DNA of 64,000 nt, taken from assembly GCA_000146045.2 (NCBI GenBank), contig BK006940.2, positions 206,162 through 270,161 on the forward strand, written 5' to 3'. Source of the DNA: TPA_inf: Saccharomyces (lineage: Eukaryota). The notes under the pieces were generated by a model. The model searched no databases, was not told the origin of the DNA, and worked only from the letters and a program-made list of their open reading frames with translations. Every line of letters starts with the position of its first letter. Position 1 is the first letter of the stretch. Of the stretch, positions 21,352 to 33,830 are shown one piece after another. The translations under genes and the position numbers were made by a program.

Positions 21352-23025
21352 TTACAATGACCACGGTTTGTACACCTGGGGCTGCAATTTTGCAATGGAG
21401 TCGCCTTCGCCTACTTCCTCGCCTTCCTTGCCTACACGTTTCACGCCATGTCCTGTGGCCGTATTGCCGTCTTCGTCATCGCCCTCCTGGTCCTTCTCCA
21501 CTAGTTGTATGCCCGAGTCTACTTGCTCCGAGATCAGTACCAGTTTCTTCGACACATTCAACTCCTCCAGCGACTTGTTCAGGTCAAGAATCTGTTTACT
21601 CAGTGATAATCGGTCGTTCAGCATCTTTTCAGATTCCTTCACATATTTCAGTTTTTCCATCTCCAGTTGCGTTTCTAGATCGCACAGCTTTGTAAACTTG
21701 CTCTCTAATTTCTCCATGGTCAGCTTGACTAACTCTTGGATTATCGCTTGGCTTTCTTCAATGTACTTTTCGGAGATCTCTCTCGACTTATCAGAGACCT
21801 TACCCAATTTGTCGTCGCCTTGCAGTAGCGTCTGGACAGCATCATTCACGCATTCCATCAACTTCGAACCGGACACACTACCATCGCGGCTGTCGCCACC
21901 CTTACCATTCAGCGTTGAACCAACAACTTCTCGGATGTAGTTGTCCTCGATCGGTAAGCTTAGGAATTTTTCAATGCAGTCTTCTACACGCTTGTGCCCA
22001 CCCACGTGGTCAGCAATCTTCTCCCACTGGTCTTCATACATTTCAATACCCTCCAGCAATAGTAGCATCTCCTGGTCTGACCAGTTTTTTTTAACCGAGT
22101 TTCCGTTGTTTTCTAATCTGATGAAATCTGAAGATTGAAAGTTGGCACCGAAATGACCCTCTTGGAAACAACGGGAGCACAGGTTGGTGTCCCGTGCACG
22201 CAAATTGTGGTAGCGCACATTGATTGACTCGTTACCGCATGTATGGCAAATGTAAACTTTGTGAATCTGCCTGGAGTTTCTACTTTCGTCTTGTAATGCA
22301 TTGAAGTCTTGTGCAGAATCGTAAACGTTCTTCTTGATTGTGAGATTAACGGGAAATTCCTTCTTGACTTGTGGTTCCGCTCCATCTCCTCCTTCCACTT
22401 CTTGCTTGATCACATTCTCTGGTAAAAATGGCTTTAACCCCTGCGGAGTGTCCAGAACCACTTGGAAGTGGCCCGTAAAACTTGGCCCAATAAGACTGGG
22501 CTTGGTCCTGGGGTCAATCTGATAATTGATTAAGCCCCATTTTTCCAAGAACGCGTGAATCTTCACTATCGAGGCAACATCCATGGCAACATTTCTTCTC
22601 ACAGCGGTAATGGTCAAATATTCGTACGGCGAAAGACGGTACGTGTTGATGATAAAATTTCTTGTGTCCTTATATGCCTTTGGTGTCTTGAACCTTGATG
22701 AATCGTTGAAAAAGTCGGGATTGGATCTTTTTTCGATCTCGTGGATCTTCGAAATATCAAACCAAGAGGCAAACGACGGAATAATCACCGGGTGAGTTTG
22801 CTTTGCCAGGAACCTAAGGGCCTTCTCCTCCAGTTTCTGTGCTTCTTGCTCGTAATTGATTTTCTTATGAGCTACTTCTGCTCCCAATGTGGCAGATTCC
22901 TCCTTCGCCTGTTCCTGTGCTAAGTGAGGGAAAGATGGCGTGTTGGTGCTTGTGGTGGGTGGCTCCTCGGTCGCTTCGTGCGAGTCTACCATAGGGACAT
23001 CCTTATCCTTTTCAGTGTCGCTCAT
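21352..23025 (-). CDS. RSC8: RSC chromatin remodeler subunit Rsc8/Swh3 (557 aa): SWIRM, ZZ and SANT domains
   Basis: Protein [23 protein letters not shown]...; an A/T homopolymer (T21, 21318-21338) immediately downstream. Confidence 0.9.
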
Positions 23026-23218
23026 TATCCTGGCCTTCTATCTACTCTTTGCTTCTCTGCTCTACCCTTCTCTCTATAAACCTCACGAACTAATTCAATG
23101 TTGATGAAACTTATTTTTTCCAACTTTTTTACATCAAGCGGGTGACAAAGAGAACGCCGTAATTAAATTATCATAGAAAAGAGTAACGGATTAAGGAAGT
23201 ATCAAATTTGGCGATGAG

Positions 23219-25780
23219 ATGAGCAGATGCTCAAACGCGGCGCTGATGACTGTTGTTGAGGATGCTGTTGGGGCCAGGGTGGCTGCAAGGACGAGAAACA
23301 TGAGCAATGGCGTCAATTACCGGGAGAAGGAAGTCAATGACCTAACGGCTGACATTTCAGATTCAGATTCAGATTTGGATTCAGAGGACAATAAACATGG
23401 CAAAGGCGACAATGACACTGCCCCCATATGGTTACAAGATGATGTGCATTCAGACGAAGATATTCAGCTGGACTCAGAGGACGATTCCGATACAGAAGCT
23501 GTTCAAGCCCAAGTGGTGGATAAATTGGCAAAAGACACGAAATCAGAGCAAAAATCCTTGGATGATGAGCTCTCCGAGATGGATACCAAGACGGTTTCTT
23601 TAAAACTTAAGAAACTAAACGAGTTTGTGAGGCAGAGTCAGGTATATTCCAGTATAATCGCCGATACTTTACTACATCGATCTAATGAAGTGGCTAACGC
23701 TAATACAAAAGATAACAGCAACTCTGATGATGAAGAACATTCTTCAAAAAAACGTAAAACAAAAAAAAAATCAATAACAGATTTCTTCAAAAAACAGAAA
23801 AAGAACGAAGATACAACCACCCAAAACGGCGCACCAGACGATGCAGCAATAAAGCAACCTCGCCTATTGAAAAACTGTATTTTAAAACCTTACCAACTAG
23901 AAGGTCTTAACTGGCTGATCACTCTTTATGAAAATGGCCTGAACGGAATTCTTGCCGATGAAATGGGTCTTGGTAAGACTGTTCAAAGTATTGCTCTTTT
24001 GGCGTTCATATATGAAATGGACACAAAGGGTCCTTTTCTAGTGACTGCACCATTAAGCACCCTAGATAATTGGATGAACGAATTTGCAAAATTCGCTCCT
24101 GATCTACCAGTTCTAAAATATTATGGGACCAATGGTTATAAGGAACGTTCTGCCAAGTTGAAAAATTTCTTTAAACAACACGGCGGCACGGGGATCGTCA
24201 TCACATCATATGAAATTATTTTAAGAGATACCGACTTAATCATGAGTCAAAATTGGAAATTTTTAATTGTTGATGAAGGCCACCGTCTGAAAAATATAAA
24301 CTGTAGATTGATTAAAGAGTTAAAAAAAATCAATACTTCCAATAGACTGCTACTAACAGGGACGCCTTTACAAAATAACCTAGCTGAATTATGGTCACTT
24401 TTGAATTTCATAATGCCCGATATCTTTGCCGATTTCGAGATATTCAATAAATGGTTTGACTTCGACAGCTTAAATTTAGGCTCCGGTTCCAACTCTGAAG
24501 CATTGAATAAGTTAATCAACGATGAACTACAGAAAAATTTGATTTCCAATTTACACACAATTCTGAAACCATTCCTTTTGAGAAGATTGAAAAAAGTTGT
24601 TTTGGCTAATATTCTGCCGCCAAAGAGAGAATATATCATAAATTGTCCGATGACGTCTGCACAGGAAAAATTCTATAAGGCTGGATTGAATGGAAAGTTG
24701 AAAAAAACCATGTTCAAAGAATTAATCAAGGATTTTTTCACATTGAACGATGAATACATCGGCCACGTTTCTAATCGGTCCATACGAGATTTCATCAATT
24801 ATAAACTATCTGGTAATGAAACTTCAAATACAGACAATAAAATCAATCCAACCTTGTTGCAAATGGACAAACTATATAAGAAGAACCTGCAAATGGAAAT
24901 TTCAAATAAGAAATTGCAAAATATGATGATGCAATTGAGACAAATCATTGACTCAACTTTTTTGTTTTATTTCCCATATTTACACCCAGAAGACTTGACT
25001 TTGGAAACTCTTTTAAAGACGTCTGGGAAATTACAAATCTTACAAAAATTAATCCCCCCATTAATATCTGAGGGGCACAAAGTGCTTATTTATTCTCAGT
25101 TTGTTAACATGCTCGATTTGATCGAAGATTGGTGTGATTTAAATTCGTTCGCGACATTTCGAATTGATGGTTCAGTAAACAATGAAACAAGAAAGGATCA
25201 ACTCGAGAAGTTTAATAGCTCGAAAGATAAGCATAACATTTTCCTATTGTCCACAAGGGCGGCAGGACTGGGTATTAATCTAGTCGGGGCAGATACAGTT
25301 GTCTTGTTTGATAGTGATTGGAATCCACAGGTGGATTTACAAGCCATGGACAGGTGTCACCGTATTGGCCAAGAATCACCGGTTATAGTATATAGGTTGT
25401 GTTGTGATAACACCATTGAACATGTTATATTGACCAGAGCGGCCAATAAGCGAAATTTGGAAAGAATGGTTATCCAGATGGGAAAATTCAATAACCTGAA
25501 AAAATTGGCGTTAAATGAAGGTTCTTTTTTGAAGGCAAACAAAGCGGGTGTTAATGTCACTAATAAGGACTTAGTCCAGGAGTTATCTATGCTTTTAATG
25601 AGCGATGAATCCAATATAGGCTTTGAAAATGGGGGACAGAAAGAAAATAAGGCTACTGAGGGCCAACTGACTGATAAGGAGGTTGAAGAATTGACCAACA
25701 GATCTCTTGAAGCGTACAAGGCCAACAGAGTCGTAGATCTGCCGCACGTCAAGCTATTTGAAACAACCTCCGGTCTTTAA
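23219..25780 (+). CDS. IRC5: Snf2-family DNA-dependent ATPase Irc5 (853 aa)
   Basis: [13 protein letters not shown]...[10 protein letters not shown] (helicase motif I), DEGHRLKN (motif II), and C-terminal helicase motifs. Confidence 0.9.
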
Positions 25781-25850
25781 CTTGGTTATCATACAATATT
25801 GTTTTTATTAAATGTTTGTATATATGTACATATACATACCTATATATTGA

Positions 25851-27383
25851 TCAATGTTCTTGCCGTACAAATTCTTCCTCTAGTTGTTCCTTTAGTTCAC
25901 GGTTTTTGAATAAAGTATCCGCAGTATTCATTCGTTGCAGAAAGGTATCTTGAATATTATTTTTTGTGTTCTGGAAATCAGCTTTTAGTTTAGTAATCCA
26001 TTCCAGTATCAAAGTCATATCCAGATCATGTTTTACCAGACGGTTCCTCTCAGAAATAACTTTCTTTTTCAATTCCATGAAACGGAGCCAGTTGGAATGA
26101 TTCTCTTCTATATAGGCAGGATCGTATTGATCTTCCAAATGGAGACCTCTGACGTCCATATATGCCATTCTTTGCGACCATTGACTTATCATTACATCGC
26201 CCCACTCTTCGTACACTTCGACGTTTTCAAGACGAATCGATTCTGCCAGTTTAGCCATTTCGGTAAGAAAAGAATCTAATGAATGAAACAGTGATTTTTC
26301 AAAGTCTAACAAATGTATTTTATAATTCTTCAGTATCGATGTGATAGATGATTTGGTAATGTAAGCTTCCAGTTCAACTTGACCCGATTCATCAAAATAC
26401 TTTATTTTATTTTGCACAGGATCGAATTTAGAGGTACAATTAATATCTTTGATTTTTGAATCTAGAAACACTAATTGCTCATTAACGGTAGTGTTAAGGT
26501 CATCAAGATTCCTAGTGATTTCTATAGATTTATTTTGCACCTCGGCCTCGAACACAGACTGTATCTCTGAATCCAAAAGTGCCATCGCACTGTGTATTTT
26601 CGAATCTATAGCCTTAATCCATGCTTCATATTCCATTTTTAATGATTCTGCCTCGTAAGTTTCCAATTCTGCATGGCTATTGGAACCAATGATAATCTTT
26701 GACAAATCCTGCAAAATAGCAGCAGTGACGAGTTGTGAGTTCCCGTGGCCATCCTGTACTCCATCGAACTCGTATTCTTTATTTTCATCCTCAATTCCGA
26801 CATCATCCTCATCCTCATCTTCATCCTCATCCTCATTTTCATTCTCATCATCCTCATAATCCTCTGTTTCCGAGTCTGTCTCAAAAATGGGTTTGGTGAG
26901 CGTGCCATCAGCGCTAAAGGAGCCGTATTTCATCCAATCCGTAGAGGAGTTAAATGGATTCTCTAGTACATTCTTCACATTGTCTGTATATGGCTTTAAA
27001 TAGTACCAGGCAATCCTTAGATGATTTAATAAAGGTCCCAACTTGGAATGTAGCGAACAGCAGAGCTCATTTAGCCTTAGAAAAGAGAAAATATTGTACC
27101 AAAAGCGGTAAAAATATCCCATAATTCTCTTCAAGGATGAGTTGGGGTATCTTTCAATCAGTGGTTTTATCGATTGTGAGTACTTTCCAACTAAATAGTC
27201 AGAAACCGCTGAACCTTCAACCAATTTAGAATCGAATAGTGAGCCAACTGAAAATTCAGTATGCCGGCAAATGGGCTGTAAATCTGTGGCAAAGCTTCCC
27301 AGACCATTTTGCTGACAGACCAGATACCTTGCAATAAACACGCAAGCCAGCAAAGCAGTCGTTACTTTGAAAACGGCCTTCAT
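25851..27383 (-). CDS. OSW7: Outer spore wall protein Osw7 (510 aa)
   Basis: The ORF-track start at 27485 is TTG; the first ATG is at 27381-27383 (MKAVFKVTTALLAC...). Contains an acidic ENENEDEDEDEDEDD block from a GAT/GAG repeat at ~26790-26870. Confidence 0.75.
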   Translation of the reverse strand: MKAVFKVTTALLACVFIARYLVCQQNGLGSFATDLQPICRHTEFSVGSLFDSKLVEGSAVSDYLVGKYSQSIKPLIERYPNSSLKRIMGYFYRFWYNIFSFLRLNELCCSLHSKLGPLLNHLRIAWYYLKPYTDNVKNVLENPFNSSTDWMKYGSFSADGTLTKPIFETDSETEDYEDDENENEDEDEDEDEDDVGIEDENKEYEFDGVQDGHGNSQLVTAAILQDLSKIIIGSNSHAELETYEAESLKMEYEAWIKAIDSKIHSAMALLDSEIQSVFEAEVQNKSIEITRNLDDLNTTVNEQLVFLDSKIKDINCTSKFDPVQNKIKYFDESGQVELEAYITKSSITSILKNYKIHLLDFEKSLFHSLDSFLTEMAKLAESIRLENVEVYEEWGDVMISQWSQRMAYMDVRGLHLEDQYDPAYIEENHSNWLRFMELKKKVISERNRLVKHDLDMTLILEWITKLKADFQNTKNNIQDTFLQRMNTADTLFKNRELKEQLEEEFVRQEH

Positions 27384-28080
27384 GATTTTTAGTAAAGAAC
27401 TAACCACCTTTTTCTTAGTTAAGAAAAGGTCAATCAGTAACAGAAATATGATAGTAGCAACACCCAAAAAAATGCTATCTTCCAATAGTCAAAAAGGAAG
27501 CCTCGATGCCATACAAGTCTCTTCTAAAGTACTATTATGTAATTCCTGTTAAATGATACCTGTATTGTGGCTTAAAAGGGCCGAAATGACAACAAAATGA
27601 GTAGGGTTAATTTAATTTTTAAAGAGGGCATTTATCTAAAAAATGAAAGACAACTATAGGGCTGGTAATTATAGAATAGGTCTTAGTAGGGTTATCCCTT
27701 CCTCTAGAAAAAAAGAAAGAAAAATAATTTTAAGTGGCCAATTAGAACCAAAACCAACAGTATCGTGGTATCATACGCTCCAAAGCAACTAGAAGAAAGG
27801 CCTTATTTGACCATTGGATTCAGTATTTTTTCTCCAAGTAGCGGTTAAAAGACTGAGAGACTAAAGCTAGATAGTGGGTTTGAGTGACTATCCCCTTTTT
27901 TCCTCCTCTTTTTTTATTATTTTGATTTTATTTCATTTTGATTTTATTTCAACACGATTAAGACACAAGCGTTACTTCCCTAGACTATAGTCTCTGCCGT
28001 TCCCATTCTATTGATTTTTGGAGCAGCAGTTTTTACAAAAGAAAAGAAAAAAAAGACGAAAACAACAAGCCAGAGTAAAG

Positions 28081-31000
28081 ATGTCGTTTTGGCCATTTGG
28101 ACAGAATCTTAATCACTCTAATATTAATAAGATCCTAGATGAATATTTTCATGTGCTACACGAACTGGAAAGGATTAACCCAAGCGTTGGTAAAGCCATT
28201 CCCGCTATTTTCAACAACGTTCAGGAACGAGGTACAAGTGACTCCCTAGATTCTATTCCGGAGGAGTATAGTCATGGTGATGAAGTGAAAACGGCACGTG
28301 GAGATCAGAAGAGTCGATTTGAGAAGGATGATCAGCAAGAACGGTATGAGAAAGAGGAAGAGGAACGGAGCATGAACTCTAGCGAATCTTCCACTACATC
28401 TTTTTCTTCTGGGTCAACTTCTAAAACTGATTTAGATGAGGAGGATATCAGCAATGCTACTGCTCCCATGATGGTCACCACAAAGAATTTGGATAACTCT
28501 TTTATTGAAAGAATGCTTGTAGAGACAGAGCTACTGAACGAATTATCGAGACAAAACAAGACGCTACTTGACTTCATTTGCTTTGGATTTTTCTTTGATA
28601 AGAAAACTAATAAGAAAGTGAATAATATGGAATATCTGGTCGACCAACTGATGGAATGTATCTCGAAGATTAAAACCGCCACCACAGTGGATTTGAATAA
28701 CCTGATAGATTATCAAGAACAGCAACAGCTTGATGATAGCTCACAAGAGGACGTTTATGTGGAATCTGATACGGAGCAAGAAGAGGAGAAAGAGGACGAT
28801 AATAACAGCAATAACAAGAAGAGACGAAAACGCGGAAGCTCCTCGTTTGGTAACGATGATATCAACAACAATGACGACGACGACGATGCGAATGAGGACG
28901 ATGAATCTGCTTATTTGACAAAGGCCACCATAATATCTGAAATCTTTTCCTTAGACATATGGTTGATTAGCGAGTCATTAGTTAAAAACCAATCATACTT
29001 AAACAAGATTTGGTCTATCATCAACCAGCCAAATTTCAATTCTGAAAACTCTCCCTTGGTACCCATATTCTTAAAGATTAACCAAAATCTGTTGTTAACC
29101 AGGCAGGATCAATATTTAAATTTTATTCGAACGGAGAGAAGCTTTGTTGATGATATGTTAAAGCATGTTGATATTTCCCTATTGATGGATTTTTTCTTGA
29201 AAATAATATCCACAGATAAGATTGAATCACCCACGGGAATAATTGAATTAGTATATGATCAAAACTTGATCAGCAAATGCTTAAGCTTTCTAAATAACAA
29301 AGAGTCCCCAGCTGACATCCAAGCATGCGTGGGTGATTTCTTAAAGGCTCTGATTGCCATTTCTGCTAATGCACCCTTGGATGATATTTCCATTGGTCCA
29401 AACTCCTTGACGAGACAGCTAGCATCTCCCGAATCCATTGCAAAGCTAGTCGATATCATGATCAACCAAAGAGGTGCCGCATTAAATACCACAGTTTCGA
29501 TTGTCATTGAGCTGATAAGGAAAAACAATTCAGACTACGATCAAGTTAATCTTTTAACCACTACTATAAAGACTCATCCACCTTCAAATAGAGATCCAAT
29601 ATATTTAGGCTATCTACTTCGGAAATTTTCAAACCATTTGTCCGATTTTTTCCAAATCATTCTAGATATTGAAAATGACGCCAACATCCCATTACATGAA
29701 AATCAGTTGCACGAAAAATTTAAACCTTTAGGATTTGAAAGATTCAAAGTGGTGGAATTAATCGCCGAGTTACTGCATTGCTCTAATATGGGATTAATGA
29801 ATTCCAAAAGGGCAGAAAGAATAGCCAGAAGAAGAGATAAAGTAAGGAGCCAGTTATCCCATCATTTACAAGATGCATTAAACGATCTGAGTATCGAAGA
29901 AAAGGAGCAACTTAAAACGAAGCACTCTCCAACACGTGACACTGATCACGACCTAAAAAATAACAACGGTAAAATAGATAACGACAATAATGATAATGAT
30001 GATGAAAGTGACTATGGCGACGAAATAGACGAGAGCTTCGAAATTCCATACATCAATATGAAGCAAAACATAAAACTTAGGACCGACCCCACGGTCGGGG
30101 ACCTATTCAAAATCAAACTATATGATACGCGAATTGTTTCCAAAATAATGGAACTATTCTTAACACATCCTTGGAACAATTTTTGGCATAATGTTATATT
30201 CGACATAATTCAGCAAATCTTCAATGGAAGAATGGATTTTTCCTATAATTCCTTCCTTGTTTTGTCTCTGTTTAACTTAAAGAGCTCCTATCAATTTATG
30301 ACTGATATCGTCATATCAGATGAAAAAGGAACGGATGTTTCCCGATTTTCTCCCGTTATTAGAGACCCAAATTTTGATTTCAAAATAACTACAGACTTCA
30401 TATTAAGGGGCTACCAGGATTCATATAAATTTTATGAGCTAAGGAAAATGAATTTGGGATATATGGGCCATATTGTCTTGATTGCCGAAGAAGTGGTCAA
30501 ATTTTCTAAATTGTACAAAGTGGAACTAATATCTCCCGATATTCAAGTAATTTTACAAACCGAAGAATGGCAATACTACTCCGAAGAAGTCTTAAACGAA
30601 ACAAGAATGATGTACTCTAAAATTCTTGGCGGTGGAAGTTATATTGATGATGGAAATGGTAACATCATTCCGCAGCTGCCTGACAATACTACTGTATTAA
30701 CTCCAAATGGTGATGCAAGTAATAATAATGAAATCCTTGATTCAGATACCGGGAGTAGTAATGGAACAAGTGGTGGCGGCCAATTAATCAATGTTGAGTC
30801 TCTAGAAGAACAGTTGTCCTTATCTACAGAATCTGATTTACACAACAAGTTAAGGGAAATGTTAATCAATAGGGCTCAAGAAGACGTTGATAATAAGAAC
30901 ACGGAAAATGGGGTTTTCATACTGGGGCCGCCGGAGGACAAGAACAGTAATAGTAACATTAACAATACCAACCATAATAGTAATAATAGTAATAACAACG

Positions 31001-31089
31001 ATAATAACGATAATAATGATAATGACAATGATAATACTCGTAATTATAATGAAGATGCTGATAATGATAATGATTATGATCATGAATGA
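28081..31089 (+). CDS. SAP155: Sit4-associated protein Sap155 (1002 aa)
   Basis: Protein MSFWPFGQNLNHSNINKILDEYFHVLHELERINP.... The ORF-track start at 28018 is not ATG. Asn/Asp-rich C-terminal tail (NSNNNDNNDNNDNDNDN). Confidence 0.9.
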   Translation: MSFWPFGQNLNHSNINKILDEYFHVLHELERINPSVGKAIPAIFNNVQERGTSDSLDSIPEEYSHGDEVKTARGDQKSRFEKDDQQERYEKEEEERSMNSSESSTTSFSSGSTSKTDLDEEDISNATAPMMVTTKNLDNSFIERMLVETELLNELSRQNKTLLDFICFGFFFDKKTNKKVNNMEYLVDQLMECISKIKTATTVDLNNLIDYQEQQQLDDSSQEDVYVESDTEQEEEKEDDNNSNNKKRRKRGSSSFGNDDINNNDDDDDANEDDESAYLTKATIISEIFSLDIWLISESLVKNQSYLNKIWSIINQPNFNSENSPLVPIFLKINQNLLLTRQDQYLNFIRTERSFVDDMLKHVDISLLMDFFLKIISTDKIESPTGIIELVYDQNLISKCLSFLNNKESPADIQACVGDFLKALIAISANAPLDDISIGPNSLTRQLASPESIAKLVDIMINQRGAALNTTVSIVIELIRKNNSDYDQVNLLTTTIKTHPPSNRDPIYLGYLLRKFSNHLSDFFQIILDIENDANIPLHENQLHEKFKPLGFERFKVVELIAELLHCSNMGLMNSKRAERIARRRDKVRSQLSHHLQDALNDLSIEEKEQLKTKHSPTRDTDHDLKNNNGKIDNDNNDNDDESDYGDEIDESFEIPYINMKQNIKLRTDPTVGDLFKIKLYDTRIVSKIMELFLTHPWNNFWHNVIFDIIQQIFNGRMDFSYNSFLVLSLFNLKSSYQFMTDIVISDEKGTDVSRFSPVIRDPNFDFKITTDFILRGYQDSYKFYELRKMNLGYMGHIVLIAEEVVKFSKLYKVELISPDIQVILQTEEWQYYSEEVLNETRMMYSKILGGGSYIDDGNGNIIPQLPDNTTVLTPNGDASNNNEILDSDTGSSNGTSGGGQLINVESLEEQLSLSTESDLHNKLREMLINRAQEDVDNKNTENGVFILGPPEDKNSNSNINNTNHNSNNSNNNDNNDNNDNDNDNTRNYNEDADNDNDYDHE

Positions 31090-31206
31090 TACATTGTTTT
31101 GTACTTTTCTTTAATTTGTATATATATATATTAATTTATATGTATAAGTACCATGTAGTTTTCTATTCATTCATTCATTCATCATGATAATATTACTTCT
31201 TACGTA

Positions 31207-32094
31207 TCATTTACGTGAATAGATCACTTTACCGTTAGGCAATTCCATTTTCTTTTGGCCTTTCTTTGCAGAACCCTTTTTTACTTTGTTCCCCTTTTTT
31301 GTTTGGTTACCATCATACTTTTTACTATCCGTTATTATTTCTTCTTTTCCTGCGCTACCAACAGATTTGCCAAACGTCATGTTCCAAACCGAAGCAGGTA
31401 TTCTCCAAAACAAACAGTTCTTTACTGAAGGTTTATCCAAGGTATCTGGCGAAATTAGTGTTTCACTTCCATCAGGCTCTACAACATAGACATCGCTAAA
31501 CCTTACAACCAAACTTTTACCCTCATCCTTTTCATGTTGTTTAAACGTTAGTTGTTTTACGCCTAGTCCATTGGTATCATCCTGTTGTTTACACTGACTG
31601 ATGAAGTTTTCAATTCTTGATCTTTGAGAACGATATTGAATAATAGAAATGATATACTGCCCAATATTAACGACTATCCAAATAAAGGCCAGCAGGAACC
31701 AAGTCTTAGGCTTCATTCTGGAAAAATAAAAACCACCCTTATGGAAATCATAGTTTGGAAAGCCATTCTGTAGATAATAATCATAAATCTTACGATTAGA
31801 GCTGTTTGAAAGAATTTGAGTAGCGAGGTTTAACCTTTCATACAATTTACGGTATTTAGGGTTCTTATCCGGATGGTACTTCTTGGATAGCTTTCTTAAG
31901 TTTTTTGTAATCTCCTTTGTACTAGAATTCTGCAGTTTAGGTAACTTCAAGAACTTGTAGAAGTTCATATCTGGGCCATATTTCGTACTTATTTCATTTT
32001 GTAATTGGAAAATTTCTGTTTCAATGGTGGTAAAAGCATATGATAGAGATACCAATCCCAGGACAACCAACGCAGGTTTCCAGTAACCGTTCAT
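31207..32094 (-). CDS. ERJ5: ER-membrane J-domain protein Erj5 (295 aa)
   Basis: Signal or membrane anchor MNGYWKPALVVLGLVSLSYA, plus the J-domain motif YHPDKNP. Confidence 0.9.
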   Translation of the reverse strand: MNGYWKPALVVLGLVSLSYAFTTIETEIFQLQNEISTKYGPDMNFYKFLKLPKLQNSSTKEITKNLRKLSKKYHPDKNPKYRKLYERLNLATQILSNSSNRKIYDYYLQNGFPNYDFHKGGFYFSRMKPKTWFLLAFIWIVVNIGQYIISIIQYRSQRSRIENFISQCKQQDDTNGLGVKQLTFKQHEKDEGKSLVVRFSDVYVVEPDGSETLISPDTLDKPSVKNCLFWRIPASVWNMTFGKSVGSAGKEEIITDSKKYDGNQTKKGNKVKKGSAKKGQKKMELPNGKVIYSRK

Positions 32095-32296
32095 TCTTTT
32101 AGTGATCTTGTAACCTTGATTTTTTGTTCGTTTTCTATTCTTTTGGTACGTGTTATTTTGAAAATCTCATTTTTTTCGTGATTATTAATTTTGAATATGG
32201 AAATTAAATATGATTTACCTTCAAATTGGGAAATAATGTAAATACAACGTCAATAAAAGTATTTGTTCGGTCACATATATTTAACTAGCATTGAGG

Positions 32297-32899
32297 ATGG
32301 CAGGTATCAAGTTGACGCATAAGCTTTATCAGTATTATCAATTAGCCACAAGCTTTTTGTATGCTGCATTATTGATACGGTGGCTGATATTAATGCCACT
32401 GGTAGGGTCTCGGTTTTTACCGGGAGGAATCCACGAATTCTTGATATATTTGATGTTTTATTCCAGCATCATGGAAGTTATTTGGTTGCTTAGATTCCAC
32501 GGGTTCAAATATGGTTTGCTTTCAAGAACGTTTTTGAAAGACCTAAATTTTATCTATTTAGTCAGCGTGATCCATTTTTATGACGATTATGAGCATGCAT
32601 TGATCCTCAAGAATGCATCATATTCTAGTTTCATTATTTCCTTATCTTTATCACAGGCATATTGCCATTGGTGCAAACTTTTTAAACGTAAGGGCGTAAA
32701 GGAAAGAACACTTGTATGGAAGGTTAACACATTTGTTACATTGCCAATTCTCTACCTGAGTGAATTTGCATTGCTACTATTAAATATCCAGGTTAAGAAC
32801 TATCATTCTACCCCGACTTTGGACATAATCAACAGGGTGGTTTTACTAGCATACTTCCCTGTACTACTAACAGCATACAAAAAACTATTAACAAAATGA
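32297..32899 (+). CDS. KEG1: ER membrane protein Keg1 (200 aa, multi-pass)
   Basis: Protein MAGIKLTHKLYQYYQLATSFLYAALLI.... The ORF-track start at 32291 is TTG; the ATG is at 32297. Confidence 0.85.
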   Translation: MAGIKLTHKLYQYYQLATSFLYAALLIRWLILMPLVGSRFLPGGIHEFLIYLMFYSSIMEVIWLLRFHGFKYGLLSRTFLKDLNFIYLVSVIHFYDDYEHALILKNASYSSFIISLSLSQAYCHWCKLFKRKGVKERTLVWKVNTFVTLPILYLSEFALLLLNIQVKNYHSTPTLDIINRVVLLAYFPVLLTAYKKLLTK

Positions 32900-32952
32900 G
32901 CAATCTTATTGGTTTAATACATATGTATACACATATACATATCTGTACATAC

Positions 32953-33666
32953 TCATAAATATCTGGATAGTTCGTCAGCCATTTCATTTGCAAAAGCATC
33001 AGCTTCACTACTATTCTCGATAGACTTATATTTTAGCCTTGCACTTTGCAAATTCCTAATTATTTGTTCGAGGGGCATTTCATTAGGAATTTCCTCCCTT
33101 ATTTTAGTAGCCGGTTGAACTTCACAATTTAACCAGTCGTGGGTATCTATAATCTCCTGGATCCTATCAAGCCCCAATTTTTCTCCATAGTCGTTATGAT
33201 TAACAGTTGGTTTTGACCTTTTCCAGTTTACGAATTCGATGACGTTTGTAAAGGCATTGCTCCATATCTCATTCAGTTCATCAATTTCATCTTGCTCGAC
33301 TTCTTCGTTCACATTGGCCAACACAACAAAAGTATTTCGATGGGCAGCTATCATGAATTGGTGCAGCAGTTCTTGAGGTTTTGTTTGCCGGATGTCCGTT
33401 ATTAAGATAATTCCTGCCATGACATTTCTAAGCGGTTCACATTCAGGCGTTATAAATTCTTCCACCCATACTGGTATCTCTTTGCAAGAGTCAATATAAA
33501 GATCAAAATGGACTTTATAGTATCTATTTTCCCAAGTTTGGTCCTTAACTATACTGATGCCCGTGCTAGAGCAATGAAACAGGTCTTGCAAAAATTGTGT
33601 TTTTAAAAAGTTGTGTGGGTGATCTGATAAAACCAATATTTTATTCTGGGGGTATTGAAGAACCAT
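32953..33666 (-). CDS. IRC6: Irc6 (237 aa), clathrin adaptor-associated protein
   Basis: Protein MVLQYPQNKILVLSDHPHNFLKTQF...; ATG at 33664-33666. Confidence 0.8.
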   Translation of the reverse strand: MVLQYPQNKILVLSDHPHNFLKTQFLQDLFHCSSTGISIVKDQTWENRYYKVHFDLYIDSCKEIPVWVEEFITPECEPLRNVMAGIILITDIRQTKPQELLHQFMIAAHRNTFVVLANVNEEVEQDEIDELNEIWSNAFTNVIEFVNWKRSKPTVNHNDYGEKLGLDRIQEIIDTHDWLNCEVQPATKIREEIPNEMPLEQIIRNLQSARLKYKSIENSSEADAFANEMADELSRYL

Positions 33667-33830
33667 GGTAGATTGGTATTTTTGCGTATATATACTTGCT
33701 ATCTTGCTGCATCAGATTTTCTCTATAAAGAGTTTTCTGTTTTTCCTCTCTTTTCAGAATTCGAATAGGAATGAGTAAACTTGAATGACATGGAATTTAC
33801 ACATATATACACATATATAAATAAGATGAC

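Noticed and set aside
21290-21940. Plus-strand ORFs (216 aa and 112 aa) antisense within RSC8
   Set aside because: Ser/Pro-rich mirror-frame artefacts of the RSC8 coding sequence.
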